Assembly (NCBI GenBank): GCA_030704615.1
Contig: CM060734.1
Location: 8,928,001 to 8,992,000 of the forward strand
Direction of reading: 5' to 3'
From: Takakia lepidozioides
Taxonomy: Eukaryota; Plantae; Bryophyta
DNA length: 64,000 nt
The notes beneath the pieces were generated by a model. That model was not told the origin of the DNA. It searched no databases and worked only from the letters and a program-made list of their open reading frames with translations. The position numbers were made by a program, and so were the translations under genes. Shown in pieces: positions 39,871-53,260 of the stretch (its first letter is position 1; every line of letters starts with the position of its first letter).

Positions 39871-41685
39871 GACAGTAGAGTTTCCAGTATGATATTGCAC
39901 CTGTACACAACTCGTATCATGGCCCACTTTCCTCCAACCTAACTGTCAAAGTCGTTGGACCGTAAAATGTTACCATCTTTGGAGAACTCCCGGAAAAAAC
40001 AGTATCTCCAGATGAGACCTCTCCACTTCCTTATGTATGACTCCAATGACATTTGGGGAGGGGAAACAATCGAAATGTTCAAGTCCTTCAAGGTCTGATC
40101 CAGCACAATGACGGCGCGCTTTTTGAGCTGCAAATTGTATATTTGTCAGTATTGCAAATAAGATACTCATCACATAATTGAAGAAAAGAAAACGGCTTAT
40201 TTGAATACACACCTGACTCCAAAATGTAGCCTTGTGGAGCCAGTTATCAAACACCAAATCACTGATTCCTTCCACCTTTGTGCCAGGCTGTATGGTGTTC
40301 TTTGGGAACTGATTCAAGTCCTTTACTGTCTGATCTGTCCATATCTCCAGCCACCTTATTTTTGTTTGTGGGTCGACCATGGATATGGCCAGCCGGTGCA
40401 ATTTCTCTTGCTGCATCTCCGGATGCACATGCTTGTCATAGTGAGATTTGATTTGCTGAAGGAACTCAGAACCAAGTCCAGGATCTACTATTCTAAGCTG
40501 CTTTCCGAAGGCGGACATCAATTTGGTTCTTCGCATTTCAAACTCCTTTATTGCTGCTTCCACACCCTTTGATATCCTTAGTTCCTCTAGTATAGTGCGG
40601 TAATATTCGGATTTTCCCTTCTCAGCTGCCTCTCCCAGTTCTTGCTGCATTGATTCAAAAAGTGATTAGCACCGAAGGAACTACAAACATGTATTCGAAA
40701 AGTAAACTGAGTACAGACTCGGGCTTACCGCATACATGTACTCCAGAACGCCTCTCGAGTCAAAGAATACCAAGTGCCTGCAGCTCTTCATGTTTCGCAC
40801 TTCTTGATTATATTGGGGCGGAGTACTGTCCGAAAATCATCCAGCTTCATTAGACCAATCCTCTGGATTCGGAATAGTGTGTGGACCAAGCTTGTCGTCA
40901 CATGCGATTTCTCTGTCGATCTGCAAAAACATTGGAAACATTGCATTCCTTAACACTGTTTTTTTGGGATTAACAAGACACTACAGAGGGAATGAAGTCT
41001 CTAGGATGACTTACTTGTTCACGTCGTGCATAGCTGTAAGAAGCCTAGCGATGTCGTTTCCAGGATCCAAAACCATTGCCTCCACAGCAACATGCTTGTC
41101 TTTGTCTTTCGCATGATGTTTCTGAATGTATCCCATCCATGCCAGCAATCGGTGGTTGCCGTCCCAGACGTAGAACATGTGGTTGCAGAATTGCTGGGTG
41201 TTCTTTCCCATCATGAGGCCCAGCTCGAACTCCTCATTAGCATCTTTCCAACACTCATCCCAGATATCATTGATCTTTGGAGACACTAATGTGCTTTTCC
41301 CATTTGTATCCGTCAGTGACACATAAAAAACTTGTGCACCAAGTCTGTATCCATGCATGAAATCACTCTCCAATTTTGTTATGTCATGGGAAAGAGGTGG
41401 ACGCACAACAAGCATAGATATCATCCGGCATAGAGGGATGTCCAGACGCCCTCCAGATACGAGCATGTCCCTTATAACCTCCTGAGAGTTTACCTTCTGG
41501 AATGACATGAGTTATTTCACCTTGTCAAGGTAGTGCACTTCAGATTCATCTGCTTCATCGCTATTCTCTGAGCTTTTTCCAGACTCGTCCCCATCTCCAG
41601 ATCCTTTCCCCTCTGATCCTGTAGGCTTGGACCTCACAGTTTTCTGCACGATGCCATTCAAATCTGACTGAGTAATGTGCAAATA

Positions 41686-42371
41686 GTGAACGGCGGTAAC
41701 GACCATCACTCTGTCTCGTCTCAACTCACAATGAATGGTGTGAAACAAATTCAGAACCATCTACACAAGCAAAGCTAATCCTGCCAAATACAAAACAAAA
41801 CACTATGATTCTAGGGACATAGGAACAGAAAGGTTTTGAGCAAGAGCGAACGGCGTTAACGACAATCACAAAAGAGTGGGACCTGCCGGATCGGTGTTGT
41901 GCAATGACATATATGTGTAAGTGATTGGCGGTAACAACACTCAGTATAGTTTAGGGCGGACAGTAAGTGCAGATTATTTAGATTGACTCCATTGTGATGA
42001 ACGTCGCAAGCATTCACTGTTTCTTGTCTATGTCGAGAGTACTTTCCAATCGATACTCTACCTGAATCTACAGTATGGTCTTCAAATCTTTGATTGGCGG
42101 TACCGCCTTTCCACTTCTCTATCTGTTCAACCACAAACAAAGAAAATGCATTGCAAAACAATATGACTGAATATGCCGACCCTCACTCTCTCTTCAAACA
42201 CATAGGTACATAAATCTCATGAGGAGAATCGAATGGCGTTAACGACGCTCGCAATTCAGTAGACTTCAATCACATGTTCCTGCTTAAGAAGGGAAGAGGA
42301 AGGACTGCTTGAAAGGCAATCAGACAGACTGTATGATCTGAACAACAGTGAATGACGGTACCGTCAGTCAC
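41686..42371. repeat. Intronic dispersed palindromes of the TGAATGGCG(G/T)TA(A/C)CG.CA.TCA type
   Basis: Examples: 41847 CGAACGGCGTTAACGACAATCA, 42091 TGATTGGCGGTACCGCC, 42230 CGAATGGCGTTAACGACGCTCG, 42348 GTGAATGACGGTACCGTCAGTCAC. Confidence 0.75.
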
Positions 42372-43685
42372 CCACTCATTGTGCGGAAAACCCTTAACAG
42401 AGGAGTAGAAAGCAAATCACCGTTGTTTCATGGTGATGGTCAGTAGCGACAATCTCTTTCTGGGACATTCCACTCAATCTCTACGCAGATCTTCAACAAT
42501 GAAATGGAAGTTAGAGAAAACTTACTGGCGCCTTCTTAGGTTTTGAAATTGGATCCCCTTCTGCAACTTTCCTCTTCCCTCTCACATCTGCTGGAATTTC
42601 TGTCTGCTCTAGGGTTTCTGGACCTTCTCTCGGTTCAGCGTTCCCCGTACTTTCACCTCCTTCAGTTTCCTTGCGAGTCATCTCTGCATCCATAGGCTGG
42701 TTTCCAACGCGCACTGTTATCGCTGACTGTGTCACAGCCGCTGCATCAGTCTCGGTCTGCTCTTGTGAATCAGTCTCTGCGTTCACCTGCTGCCTTGGCC
42801 CTGTGTTCTCCAACAAACTACGCCTCGTCATTTGCTCTCTTGCTCTGCGTCTCTCTCTAAGGGAAGTAAAATAAAGAGACTTTCTTCTCTTTCGTATTGT
42901 AGAAGGAACCCTCTCCAGCTTGACTACCACTCTCCCTCTAAGCACGAAAAGTAGAAAAACGAAGTGACTCCCGATTTCTTGCGGGATTGCGTGCGTTGTG
43001 GCTTGTCTCTAGAAGCATCGGATTCCCTCTCGCGTGACCGTTACACATAGTCATTCCCTTATTAGTGCACATGCCAGCAATTAGTGTACAGCTGTTCGTA
43101 TTCAATATAGTTATCGATGTCTGACATGTGTCGCCCAAAATAAACGGCGTGTTCTTTATTAGAACGGTTTCAATATTTTAAAATAACAGCGAATCCCAGA
43201 AATCTTGGGCACAGTCTTAGACAAATATATGTAAATGAACGAGAGTTTGATGACAAATTTTGGGATATCATTCACGTTCATCCTTGTTAGCCAACCCTAC
43301 GTTCGTTTCACATTTTGAACTTTCCATGTGCGCATGATCATAGTAGTATAAAGATGCATTTACTTAATCTGCAATCCCACCCTCAGATCCTGTGGCATGC
43401 TTCCAGGAAGTCGGCTTGTTATGGTGTTTATTGATGAGGTTCTGATTTACGGTTTAACAGCTGCCGACATTGCTCCTAGGGATACTCTGACCACAGGGCC
43501 CACAAAAAAAGTAATTAAAATGGATGGCTGCACATCTGGAAGGAATAACAGAATGCACAGTCGTCGTCTGAGCTTCCTCCGCCATATTCTCTGCTCATTC
43601 TTCAACTGTGTTCTGGAGACATCAGTAAACCGACTTACACTGAAGGTCTGCGATAGCAAGGTATCAACGTACACGAGGAAGGAAG

Positions 43686-46600
43686 ATGGCTTTCTCTGAA
43701 GCGGAGTTCTTCTCTGACGACAAACCAGTGCCGTTCTCCCAGGAAGTCCTTGATAATGGATTTGCAATTGTTCTGGAACATGTCTTGGCTACCCGTTTTC
43801 AGCTTCAGAATGGCTCCATCTTTTTGGAGAAAGAGGTGTACGATTTGAAAGGGAAGTTGTTGAAATACTCTTTCCAAAACCGTGATGAGACAGCTCATGT
43901 CAGCCAGTGGAGAGTGCGCCCTGGTCGATACAGAGTACTTGGAGAGCCTCGGCGAAAGTCCCTTGGATCATATGTAACGCCCGGGACTGCTGCTTCGGTC
44001 GTTGAAGACAAGAGGGAGGTGGTGGTGAAAAAAGAACAGATGTCCTCCACTCCAATTGTTGAGCTTTCGGATTCGTCCGATGATGACATAAGTGAAATTC
44101 CAAATCCAGTCCTTCCTACTGTGGTTGGAGAAGCTGATGAAGAAGAGATTTGTAGTGTCATTCCAAAACTACGGGCGATGGGATGAATGGCTGGATTCAA
44201 AAGTGAGTTGCGAGGAATTGATTGGGAATCTTTGAAGCAGGTGCCTGTGAAGTTATTGCCAGAGACTTTTGATGGCGATATCATATTTGAGCTACCTCCT
44301 CCTCCGCGAGTTGGAGGTGTAACAATCATGATGCATGGAATGGACAAGAAACACGACGAGCACCCGTGGTGCAGAACAAAAACATCCAATATTCAGAATG
44401 ATGACAAGCTTGTTTTCAGGAGAACAGTTTGCAATGGACACCTTAGGTGTGATAATTTGAATTGCAGACACTTTCTTCAGTCTGGGGTTCATAATCAAAG
44501 TGAATGGGAGGGTCTGGCAGAAAATCCATTTCAGCCTGGGACTGCCCCACCACCGGCAAACAATTTCGTCTGCAAATTCTACAAACTTGTGCCATCCTGC
44601 TTGGCGCTCTGCGGAGCAAGAATGTACTATGTTGTCCACCGTCTGAAAACAATGACAAGAGCTTGTGTGCATTTCGGATTCCATAACCATCATGTCTCGA
44701 AGGGGGATTACAGGGAGAGTGTTGAGACAATATCGAGGTTGATTAAACAGGAGTTCGGGAGAAACCCATCCGCAACAACATCTGCAATTGCTCTTGGCGC
44801 AAGCAAGTCCTTCTTGGAAAGCCATATTCTGAGTGAAGGGGATTCTGTGGGGACTAAACTTGACGGTGCAGCATTGGACCTGGTCATGGATCATTTCTCC
44901 ACTTTGAGTTCACCTAACATTCGGCATCAGATCATGCATTAAGAATGGGCTCTGGTATCAGAGGCTATATAGACAACATTTTGGAGTTGAAACGAGTGAG
45001 CAAGTACGATTACATCCAGGACAATGTATTCCCAGGTTAAGGTGCCATCAAAGTTTTTCTTTTCAAAATGTCGACTGTTGGGGAGGGCAGTGGGGTTAGC
45101 CTCGTGAAGCAGATGTAGAAGACTAGAGACTTGCAGAACCGTTTTCTTATGTTTGATCATGTGAAATAAGTAAAGGATTGGATGACAATGGCTTGTCATG
45201 TCTACGATGCAGTGTACCAACGAGTTATGACAATTGCAGTTTGTGACATGCAATCCGAGGATACGGAATCCCAAAAGCTCATGTGGAATTCCCTGATACG
45301 TGTCATGGGCTGCCATCTCCAAATTTTGCAGGTTTCATGGCGGATAGTGCTCAAGCAAATTTCAATGCTGTTCGTATTGTCTTCGGATCGGGCGACCCAA
45401 AAGTGCCAATGCGAGGAAGAGAGCGTACATGTCTATTCCATTGGACACAATCTCTAGAAAAACATACAAAGTCGGACATCAAATCAGAGATGTAGACTCA
45501 GCACCATAAATTGTGCAAAGAGTACAAAGATGCTAGAACAATGAAGGAGGCGGACTCTTTGTTCCAGACAATTCGTGCTTGGTGGTTCTCTTTTGGAGCT
45601 GCATCACTTGAGAGTATGAGAGCATTGAAAGATTGGCTGGCGTTTTGGCACTTCCGGTATAGACAGTGGGGAGCAGCCATGGCAGTGGTACGAGGCTTAT
45701 ATTTCTTGCTTTATTCATACATTTACTTTCCATTTTATTGTCTTCTCGCTTTCTTTATGTTGTTTCCTGTTCACTGTTTTGAAGTGTGGTTCTCCACTTT
45801 GCAGAACATGTCCATTGAGAAAATGGCGGACATGCCATCTTGCAATTTGGCAGAAACTGTGCACAACGCATGGTTGCAGCAGTCTGGGAAACAAGGTCGG
45901 GATTTGTATGTGGCAAAAACAGATGATTTGATACGTGCCTTGCAACAACAAACCCGATACCGTGATTTCTTGCGAGGTGGGGTTGGTGGCAAGGGTCCGG
46001 ACAAATGGGAGTTGATGTTGCGTGCTGCAAACAGATCTGGGGATCCAATCAAGATAGCACGGGCGGTGAGCATGTATGCCCAGGGAACGCCACTTGTTTC
46101 TAGAGTTCCACATCTTGAAGGGGATGAGAGATTCGGCTCCTGTAAGAGGAAATTGAACACTCTACCTGGTTCGGATTCCGATTCGCACAGGGTAGACCGT
46201 GATAATTTCTCGAAGTCTCGTGTTCCCCTGCATGACAGCTTCATGTCTGGAACCTCCATTCTGGAGGAACCTCCAACACAACGGCAAGCTCCAGCATCAA
46301 AACAGTGCCACTGAAATGGTGCAGGAGAGAAACGACCCCCTTGATGTGCTTGAGTCCGCATGCCCCGACCACGTTTGGCACATAGAACGCACAAGTGCAG
46401 GGTCTCGTGTGAAATGTACAGTGATCAGGGCAACTAATTTTGAGAAGTGCACTTCATCTATATCCAGAGGTGGTGCCCGAATTCCTGCTCCGACTTTCAC
46501 GGGTTTGATGCGTCCATACGGTCAACCAGAAGCCAAGAACCACAAGTTCTGGTTCTGCGCAGATGATTGTGCCAGATGTGTGCATGGAACTGTGCGTCCT

Positions 46601-47189
46601 TCCATAGTGATGAAGCCATCTCCTCCAACCGTTTGGCCCGTGAAGGTGGGAATACATCTCAAATTTCAGGAGATTGAAATGCTGGAAGAGGCAGGCTTTT
46701 CCCTTGCGAGACAACCCCAACTCCATGCATGTGCTACTATTTCTGCGTCCTCCCGGGTCCCCCCGGCAAATCCTGACTTGTGGCCAACCAAACGAGATGG
46801 AAAGCTCGTTCGGCGTTTCCCTCCAACCGCTGAACACTTTGGCAAAGTGGAGTCCGCAAGAATGCTCCAAGCTCGTGTTGGAAACACCACAGAAGTGCCC
46901 GATCTAGGATGTGGTCGGGTATTCACAATCATCACTTCCACATCTGCTATTCATGACAGGACCTACGACATCACAGTTTAATTTCCTCAATTGCACATGT
47001 CCTGATTTTGTGAATATGCTATCAACCAGTTTGGGCAAGAGAGGTAAATTCATACCCTGCAAACATTTGTATTTCATATTTTTGAAGAGGATGGTTTGCG
47101 ATCCCAAATGTGACAACTTCATTCACCAGGCCACTATGAGTTTCAACGAGGTCGATACTCTATTGCAGCGGGATACAACACATGGGTAG
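43686..47189 (+). pseudogene. MULE transposase (GCM-like Zn domain, DDE, SWIM), copy 1, with multiple stops and frameshifts
   Basis: FMADSAQANFNAVRIVF, CLFHW, CNLAETVHN and CTCPDF...CKHLYF. Stops at ~44184, 44940 and 45038; intron ~45688-45804. Confidence 0.92.
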
Positions 47190-47899
47190 CATCAACTATG
47201 CAATGCGGTATGTGGACGACCATGATTTGAAATGTGTAATTCACATCAATTCGTCGGCGGTGCAATGATATGGCCTCCAACTATACTGAGTGAGCTCTGA
47301 GTGGCAACTTTTAAAAGCACATTTGTCATTGCACCGTTCGAAGTCTACATGTCTTGTTGTCGCTATGCACTACAATCATCTTTTGAAGATGATCCTAACT
47401 CTCATTGTTTTTTGAGGAGGGAGGAAGGTCTTCCCGTGGCAGCCTCTATGGCGCACACTTTGTGAGGATATTTTCTCGTCCTCGTAATTGTAAAAGTGAA
47501 ACAAGCATTTGTAATTGCACAATGTTGGATGCTACAATTGTAGGCCACATTGTAGTTTTGATTCTATTTAGGCAAGATTCCCTGCATTAATTCCACGGTC
47601 ATAGGACCATCCTCGGTTATAGGCGGCGCATGTTAATGCTGACGTGGCAGATAACGGACAGTGCCACATCATCATTTGCCGCCACATCAGCATGCTGACA
47701 TGATGCTCTCGCCACGTCAGCGTGGGTGCAGGCTCACGCCACGTCACTCCTGCGTGAGCGTACGCTCGCGCGCTCACGCCATTGCGTCGTTGCTCAGTCA
47801 CTCCCCCCCCTCCCCCACATTCTTTTCTTTTCTTTGTTGCCCCCTCTCTTGGGGAAACAAAAGGGACAGATCCTACCTCTGTTAGGGGCTGACGTTGGT

Positions 47900-48600
47900 A
47901 GTAAGACTTACCTTCACATATAGAATTAATCCGGGTTTTCCAGATATCCTCTACAAATCCCTTCACACAAGCATCAATCTGTTATGTGTGAGTTGCCCAA
48001 AAACTAGGCCTCAGAAGGGGCTGGGCTTTTGGCTCAGCCTCGACACTTTCAAAGTTAGTAAACAGAGGTACATGCACAATTCCCTTGATAGATTTGAAGA
48101 GAGCGTCTCTTTGGTGAGAGAACCCCAGACAGTGTATTAGAAAATGAATAATGTCTTCAGGTTGCCCACACAACGGGCAATTGCACTCTCCCTTTCCTCT
48201 TTGCTTCTGTTTGCTTATCAAAGGTAGGCTTCCTGCCCCGAGTTTAAATTTCAGTCTAGTGCCGAGAGTGGGTAGACCCTTGAGGTCATCCAAGATGTCC
48301 TCCCCCATGTCATAGACTGGAAACAAGTTCAGGGAAGTTTTTTGCCTAACTTCATTTTCATCAGACAATCTCATGGCAACAGACATGGTTGGACACTACA
48401 GCCTCTAAGTCAGATTTATCCAGTAGGGTGAAGACTTGCGGTTCCAGGTCCAGGTCCTTGAGAATTTCTTCTACTGTCTTTTGCCAGGACTTAGCCTGTT
48501 TGATAGGTCGGTGGGTAGTCCTGTTTCCAAGATATAGAGTCAATTAACTAAGGATATGGTGTTGGACATATGCTGCAGCTGACCCCACCATCTGACCTTA
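47900..48600 (-). mobile_element. LINE 3' fragment
   Basis: CPLCGQPEDIIHFLIHC zinc knuckle in ORF 47982-48386. Confidence 0.8.
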
Positions 48601-48708
48601 AACTCATCTCGTCGGGAGCTTAAAAGAGAGGGAGAGAGAGGGAGTGAGAGGGAGAGATCAGAAAACCAAAAAATAAAATAAAATAAAAAATAAAAAAATG
48701 TTGGGTGG

Positions 48709-50730
48709 GGAGTGACTGAGCTGATGCAGCTGCTTGGTCACTCCCCCCCCCCCCCCACCTTTTTTTTTTCCTTTGTTGCCCCCTCTCTCCCCTGTCTCCC
48801 TCTCTACTGGGAACCGACAAGTTGTTCTCAATGTTGATTTCCTGTTTTTTCACCCATACCGGATGAAGTTTTGACAGAGGCTCATCCATCCTCTATCGGT
48901 TTTTCATCCATACCGGATGAGCCACCAGGATGGACACTGAATTACCTTTAGGATGGTTTTTTGGTTTTTTCATTCCTCTTTTATTGACTCTCATCCATAC
49001 TGGATGAGTCACCAAGGAATGAAAAATTACCTCTATGAGGGTTGCCAACAACATCCTGTTTTTCATCCATACCGGTTGAAAAACTACCAGGATAATAATT
49101 TTTCATTCCTCTTTCATTGACTCTTTTTTATCCATACCGGGTGGTCTGCTGAGGAATGATGAATTACCTAGGTGGAGGTAAACCGCTGCCACAGATGATA
49201 TTCCCTACTTTTTCATCCTGACAAAGTGATCTGTTTATGGATGACGAGTACAGATGATTATGGCCTGGAATTGATCTTAACTACCCCTAATAATGATTAA
49301 TTACAGGGTGAAACCCTAACCCCTACCCTAAAACCTATTTTTAACTCTGCTACGGATGAAATCCGTCGGGGTAGAAGAATGCGTTCTACTGTTTTTTATC
49401 CACGGATGAAAAATCGGAAAAAAAAACCCTATGTTGTCTCTCCCGCTGTCAGAAGCACGCGATGTGCTTCTGAGCTCACGGGGAGAGTGTTATTGCGGAC
49501 ATGCTTTGGTGGCTACCCCGTTTGTGGTGTCGTACCCGTGCTGGACGAGCGCCTGGGGAGGCGCGAAGGCGGCGCCTTGTCTCTCTAGCAGCGGGAAACA
49601 CTGCTGTGAATGCAGTGGCATCTTCCCTCCTCTAGCTTTTAATTTTAGCAATGGCATTTGTGTTGGGAAGTCTCTCTCCCTCCCTTCTATTGCCTTGCGA
49701 GTTTGTCTGCTTTGCTTCATTGCTCATGTGCTTTGTGGAGGCGGCTTGCTGTGGGTGGTGATGGCGCATAACCCTCTTCCCCAATCGCTTAAGGTGCCTT
49801 TGGAGTTTAGGGATCCTTGTGTTCTTATCTTCTTCTCTTGCTTTTGAGATTCTTAGTTGACATCGATGACAAGTGTGAGGGTCTGTGATTCACCTGGGGT
49901 TCCACAATCCTCACTAATCCGTTGATTTTGTGGGGGCTGGTGATGGGACCAGGTGAGGATCCTCACCTACTTTGAAATTTCTTGAGCATGCAGTTGGGGA
50001 TATGGGCTGAGGAGACCTATAAGTTATCGCGCTTTGAAGTGGTTGCTGCCTGCAGCCCCGAATTCAACCCGATTGCTCCTGGTTTGGCATGCTACAGCCT
50101 ATGTTTTGGTTTTTGTTACTCTGCCGTCAATGGGGCAGCTCGACCTGTCTGGCCTGTCTCCTGAGGCCTGCATACAGACCATACCCTATCTTTTGATCTT
50201 TGACAGCAGGGCATGTGGATTACTGAGCTAGGTTGTAAGTTCTTTGGGCCATAGAGGATCTGGTTTATGAGGGCTGCTTCGGCAGTTTGGGTCTCTATGG
50301 ACATGGTGGCCTTGAATGTTATGGCGGCAGCCTGATAAGGCACCGACTTGCTCCTTTTCGGGCCTGTTTCTGGTGTGTAATGGATCATAGTGAAGTGTTC
50401 TTTGCAAGCTTTAGCATGGACCTCTTGAAGGATGAGGATGGTAAGCTGTAATGGGATCCTACCTATAGTTTTTGCTTTGTCATGACATCAGGCCTATGAC
50501 TTGCAATCTGGTTTTTTATGTGCAAAAGAGGCTGGATCTCGGTTGTTCAAGTTGCTTGTGTGTACAAGTCTTGAATTTGCAATTTGACAGGCTGAATTCA
50601 CATTCCCTTGACACCTTGTATGATCACATGTCTGGGGGTGAATACAAATGGTACGAAATCTATTTCATCATGCCCAAGTAGGATTGTTTGGAGGCATATT
50701 TTGATTCTGACAAATTGCAGGTTGGTCCTT
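48709..50730. repeat. Arm A': inverted homologue of 33890-36175
   Basis: Starts with hairpin GAGTGACTGAGC...GCTTGGTCACTC (48710-48743). CATCCATACCGGATG array at 48850-49145; AAACCCTA at ~49311. Confidence 0.88.
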
Positions 50731-51095
50731 ATGCCATGGCTGATGCATGACCTGCCGTAATTAATGGCTGATAAGGTAAGATGCTGCAACCTGTGGGTCA
50801 TGCCCAAGATGTATGTTTGAAAACGTGATGAAATGGTAATAGGGCAGGCTAGACCATGATACCTTGCCATTTGCATGACCTCAGCACTTTGTGCTCCTTC
50901 AATACATGACCTGCTGGTAAGGTATGTGAGCAAGCTGAACCAAGATGCCTTGCAGCCTGCATACAGGCGGCAATATCTTATCTTGTCCGCCCTCCCACCT
51001 TGTTTTGTCTTGGATGATTGGGTGGTGTCATTTGGGATGATTTGACAAGACTGGAAGTGTGAGATAGTGCCCTGTCTAGGGCTGTTTATGTCTTT

Positions 51096-51584
51096 AATTG
51101 ACAATGACCCTTATGGGTCTTGTCCATGTCTTGACATGACGTGAATATCTTCCCTCTCTCTTTTTAACTTTTTCTGCAGAGGGGTCAACTCTGAGGTTAA
51201 GAAAACCATGCTTTGTCGCATTATTAGAACCTGCCTTGGAGTACAGATCTGCAATATGGGTTGATAAATCTGACTTAGAGGCTGTAGTGTCCAAAGCCAT
51301 GTCTGTTGCCATGAGATTGTCTAATGACAATGAAGTTAGGCAGAAAACTTCCCTGAACCCTGGACAGAGGCAGGTTCTGTCCCTTTTGTTTCCGCTCAAA
51401 CTGGGCGCGGGGTCAATGGCCACAAGGCTACGGCAAACAACGTCTTATGAGTACAATCTTTTTAACTTTTTCTGCACCCTCTCTCCCTTGTGGTTTGTTT
51501 ATTTTTGTGAGCAGCATAAAAGAGAGGGAAGATACTCATGTCATGTCAAGACATGGACAAGACCCACTAGGGTCATTGTCAATT
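51096..51584. repeat. ~65-bp inverted repeats enclosing a patchwork of LINE-derived fragments
   Basis: 51096-51160 is the reverse complement of ~51520-51584. The interior 51260-51358 matches the reverse complement of ~48328-48420. Confidence 0.8.
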
Positions 51585-52433
51585 GGTAAGTAACCCAAGA
51601 CATGCATCATGCAAGGCTCCTTGGGTAGGTAAGAATAGCCTGTCCTGGACATGTTTGCAAAATGTGGGTGCGTCGAGGATGCAACGGGAGTGTTCAACAC
51701 TATGGCTGAACGAGATGTGGTGTCATGGAGTGCGATGCTTGAAATCAATTCTTAATTCTCAGGTTTGGCCAATGCAGTACTGCTTCTTCAAATTCTCCGT
51801 CAGTAAATTTGTAATACCTTAGGGACACATTTTAGCATCTATATGTTATTCATGTCGGTTATTGGACTCTTTCTCAAACGGGAATCTATCATTCTCATTA
51901 TGTAGAGAAGACTTGTCACAACACCCATATGCTACTGTGATGGTTAGCTTATGATGACCACATGACTTGGAGGCTAGCATTTTCTCACTCACCATCACCA
52001 AGATTGAAGCACTCGGGACTGATATTGCTGTTATTTCATTGTTGGCAAACAACAATCTGTGATGTTGATTCCCTTCATACATTTTTGCGTTGTGGCGGTG
52101 GGTAGGTGACCCAGTTGGCAGAATTGCACAGAAGTACCAAACATCTGCAACCCAGAATGGAGGGGCGAGCCTTTCACTTCACTTAATGACTCGGGTTATA
52201 CCAAGTGTTATGTTCACTGTCTGCAGGTACATATGTCACATATTTGCAATCAAAGTTGACAGAAATTTGCTAGAAGCCCAATGTTTGTTTCTACATCTGC
52301 TGACTTGGCTTCAAATTGATGCAAGAAATAACTGCAGTGTTCCTAAAATCTCTTCTATTGTAAGTGCACAGGCTAGCCCCATCCTCACACGCCGTGTAGG
52401 CTCGCCCTCAAATGCCAACTTCCCGGGAAGCGG

Positions 52434-52990
52434 TCATGGCAATACGTAAATTCGATGAAGTGTATAGTGATGGCTAAGGAGGGTGTCACGGAGCCCCTGC
52501 ACAAGGAGGATGTCAGGGCAGAGCCTAGCAGGACGGGTGCATGACGAGTGAGGCCGGCACTTACAGGGAAGCAACCAAGCAGGCACCGTGTGGTCCAAGG
52601 GCCTGCCTTGATAGGTGCCGGCGTTGATCAGAGTGTGCCATCTAGTTTTCGGGCGGTGTAGTAAGAGTTTATGAATATGCCAGACAGCGTGATTATGTCT
52701 GGCAATGCAAAGTCCATGTATGACTGGGTGAGGGCATTCGCTGAGAAGATGTGGCCAGGTGTCTCGTGTTGCATGAATGTGGGAGCACAATGGGCAATGC
52801 GGAGATGGAAACAGGTTGGCCAAAAAGTATGCTTATGTTGATGACCCATGTATTGGGCGTATCGGAATTTAAGTATTTGTCGTATTTGCGCGTCGAACGC
52901 TGCATTAGTGTTCCAGAAATGGTTAGATAGTTTGTGGTGTAGGACATTGGACAGGGTCCATTTTTGGATATGTAGTTTGGTGTGGCTTAG
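52434..52990 (-). mobile_element. Non-LTR retrotransposon relic with a restriction-like endonuclease (RLE)
   Basis: CPLC...HLLSEC zinc knuckle followed by ARHN and PDILL motifs. Confidence 0.75.
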
Positions 52991-53260
52991 AGAAGCGGAG
53001 GCTTGTTTGTTGGCTTCTTTAGCAACGACGCTACCGCGTGAGCCTGGCGCGTGAGCGTGTGAGCGTACGCTCACACAATGATGACGTGGCGTGAGCCTAC
53101 GCTCACGCTGCTGACATGGCGCTAATGCTGACGTGGCGTGAGCCTGGTCCAGGTCATGCCACGTCACCACAAAGAAGGTGGGCCTATAACCGTGGAGCCC
53201 CCAACTGCTGATTTCACCACATGAAGGTGAAACGGATGAAGGGTTTTGGGCTTCTGGAGT

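Larger units (their letters stand above)
36960..42945 (-). pseudogene. ParB/Srx-like domain plus beta-class amino-DNA-methyltransferase-like multi-exon gene (copy 1)
   Basis: FYVWDGNHRLLAW (41011-41508), DIVILDIPDG (~38276-38305), WRGAKEKSPAFMQILLESCSHHSARVVDLS, YHACKAGGRSLFGMEGD. Exon layout matches copy 2; frameshifts present. Confidence 0.85.
36174..47790. mobile_element. MULE element copy 1 (decayed) carrying a transposase and a ParB-methyltransferase gene
   Basis: Imperfect GCGTGAGC-rich inverted termini. An 11-bp direct repeat TGCTCAGTCAC at 36163-36173 and 47791-47801 is a candidate TSD. Two divergent internal genes. Boundaries are tentative. Confidence 0.75.
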
